Source: a virus
Taxonomy: Duplodnaviria > Heunggongvirae > Uroviricota > Caudoviricetes
Direction: 5' to 3' (one strand)
DNA: 7,889 nucleotides
IMG/VR virus record: IMGVR_UViG_2778261509_000002
Span: 1-7,889 of that record
The translations under genes were made by a program, and so were the position numbers. Below are positions 7,195-7,889 of the stretch, piece after piece. The notes beneath the pieces are model-generated. The model was not told the DNA's origin, ran no database searches, and saw nothing but the letters and a program-made list of their open reading frames with translations. Each line of letters opens with the position of its first letter. Position 1 is the first letter of the stretch.

Positions 7195-7689
7195 TCAGAA
7201 CAGCCCTTTAACGGAGCTGGCCGCGCTGTTAAGAGATGATGTCACCTTATCTTTGAAGCCGGACAGCATATCGCTGAACGATGAGGATTGCAGGCGCTCC
7301 CGCAAATCCTCATCACAGCGTTCAAGGGTCAGTGAAAATTCTATCTTTTTCGCCTTACCGTAGCGATCAAACTCGGAACGGGTCGTATTCGTTCCGGTCA
7401 GGACATACATGCCGTAAATCTGCCCGACGCCATCAATCAAAGGCCAGGGTCGTCCTGTATACGCCTGCGTGGTCAGCAGCGACAGCGATACTTCGCCACC
7501 TGTAATTTCAGGATAAAGCACACCAGAAAGAACGATGCGATCATCACCTGCACCGATATACTGCCAGCTTGCTGAACGGTTAACGCGTTCATTTTTCACA
7601 TGCCGCCAGCTTTTGTTTTGCTGTAACTGCTGATGCGGCAGCGTGCGCAGCTCAAAAACAAACATGCCGTAGATCATCATCATGGCCAT
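7195..7689 (-). CDS. Phage tail protein, P2 gpU-like (family assignment from recalled motif pattern)
   Basis: 164-aa ORF on the - strand. The pattern GMFVFELRT...SWRH..N.RV.R...WQY.G.G.D.I.LSGVLYPE.TGG...L.......G.PWPL.DG.G...GMYV......T.SEF...G...KIEFSL.LER resembles the GpU family as I remember it. GAGGAG sits 8 nt upstream of the second in-frame ATG (7683), so the true start may be 7683 rather than 7689. Confidence 0.55.
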   Translation of the reverse strand: MAMMMIYGMFVFELRTLPHQQLQQNKSWRHVKNERVNRSASWQYIGAGDDRIVLSGVLYPEITGGEVSLSLLTTQAYTGRPWPLIDGVGQIYGMYVLTGTNTTRSEFDRYGKAKKIEFSLTLERCDEDLRERLQSSSFSDMLSGFKDKVTSSLNSAASSVKGLF

Positions 7690-7695
7690 GACTCC

Positions 7696-7889
7696 TCAAT
7701 CTTTATCGTAAAAACTGCCACGCCCGGCACGGGCGCGCCGTTCCATTTCTGCCCTGACCATTTCACCGACCAGTTTCGCCAGTTCGCGGGGATTCTGTGT
7801 AACAACGTTATGCAGATGAACATGAATTTCACCGCCAAATCCGGAGGCAACAGGCTCCCGGTTACGGGAAGTTGCAGGAACTGATGCCA
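7696..7889 (-). CDS. 3' end of an upstream - strand phage gene (possibly tape-measure gpT-like by position); start lies outside the window
   Basis: Manual translation of the - strand gives an open frame ending ...GEIHVHLHNVVTQNPRELAKLVGEMVRAEMERRARAGRGSFYDKD with stop TGA at 7698-7696, 6 nt before the gpU-like start. Function is inferred only from its position upstream of the gpU-like gene. Confidence 0.3.
   Translation of the reverse strand, partial: ASVPATSRNREPVASGFGGEIHVHLHNVVTQNPRELAKLVGEMVRAEMERRARAGRGSFYDKD

Noticed and set aside
7633-7884. + strand 83-aa ORF (7633-7884) and the alternative - strand frame ending ...FTIKIEESWP
   Set aside because: The + ORF is antisense to the gpU-like and upstream - strand genes and is His/Cys-rich. 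Of the two open - strand frames, the one ending ...GRGSFYDKD is more protein-like and leaves a proper RBS and spacer before the gpU-like start.

Overview
This window reads as the tail-fibre end of a P2-like myovirus prophage late operon, probably from an enterobacterium, carrying a Gin/Pin/Cin/Hin-type invertible host-range segment. On the + strand, tightly packed and often overlapping: the 3' part of baseplate spike gene V (runs off the left edge), then W, J, I, a 764-aa tail fibre gene H with an internal 132-bp tandem repeat, and a tail-fibre assembly chaperone (G/Tfa). Downstream, on the - strand, lie a second chaperone gene and a promoterless alternative fibre C-terminal cassette. Two 26-bp inverted crossover sites (3421-3446 inside H; 6492-6517) closely match the gix-type site as I recall it and bracket a segment of about 3.07 kb. 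A serine DNA invertase gene (GTG start at 6572) follows site R and appears to carry a Fis-type enhancer in its 5' coding region. To the right, convergent with the invertase, are a gpU-like tail gene and the 3' end of another - strand gene running off the window. The mechanism class is well described (Mu G segment, P1 C segment, e14 P segment), so I do not claim a new system. The points worth a second look are the secondary inverted homology between the two chaperone genes, the AT-rich mosaic receptor-binding modules, and the non-P2 synteny to the right of the invertase. All identifications rest on reading the translations and on recalled family features; no database search was run.
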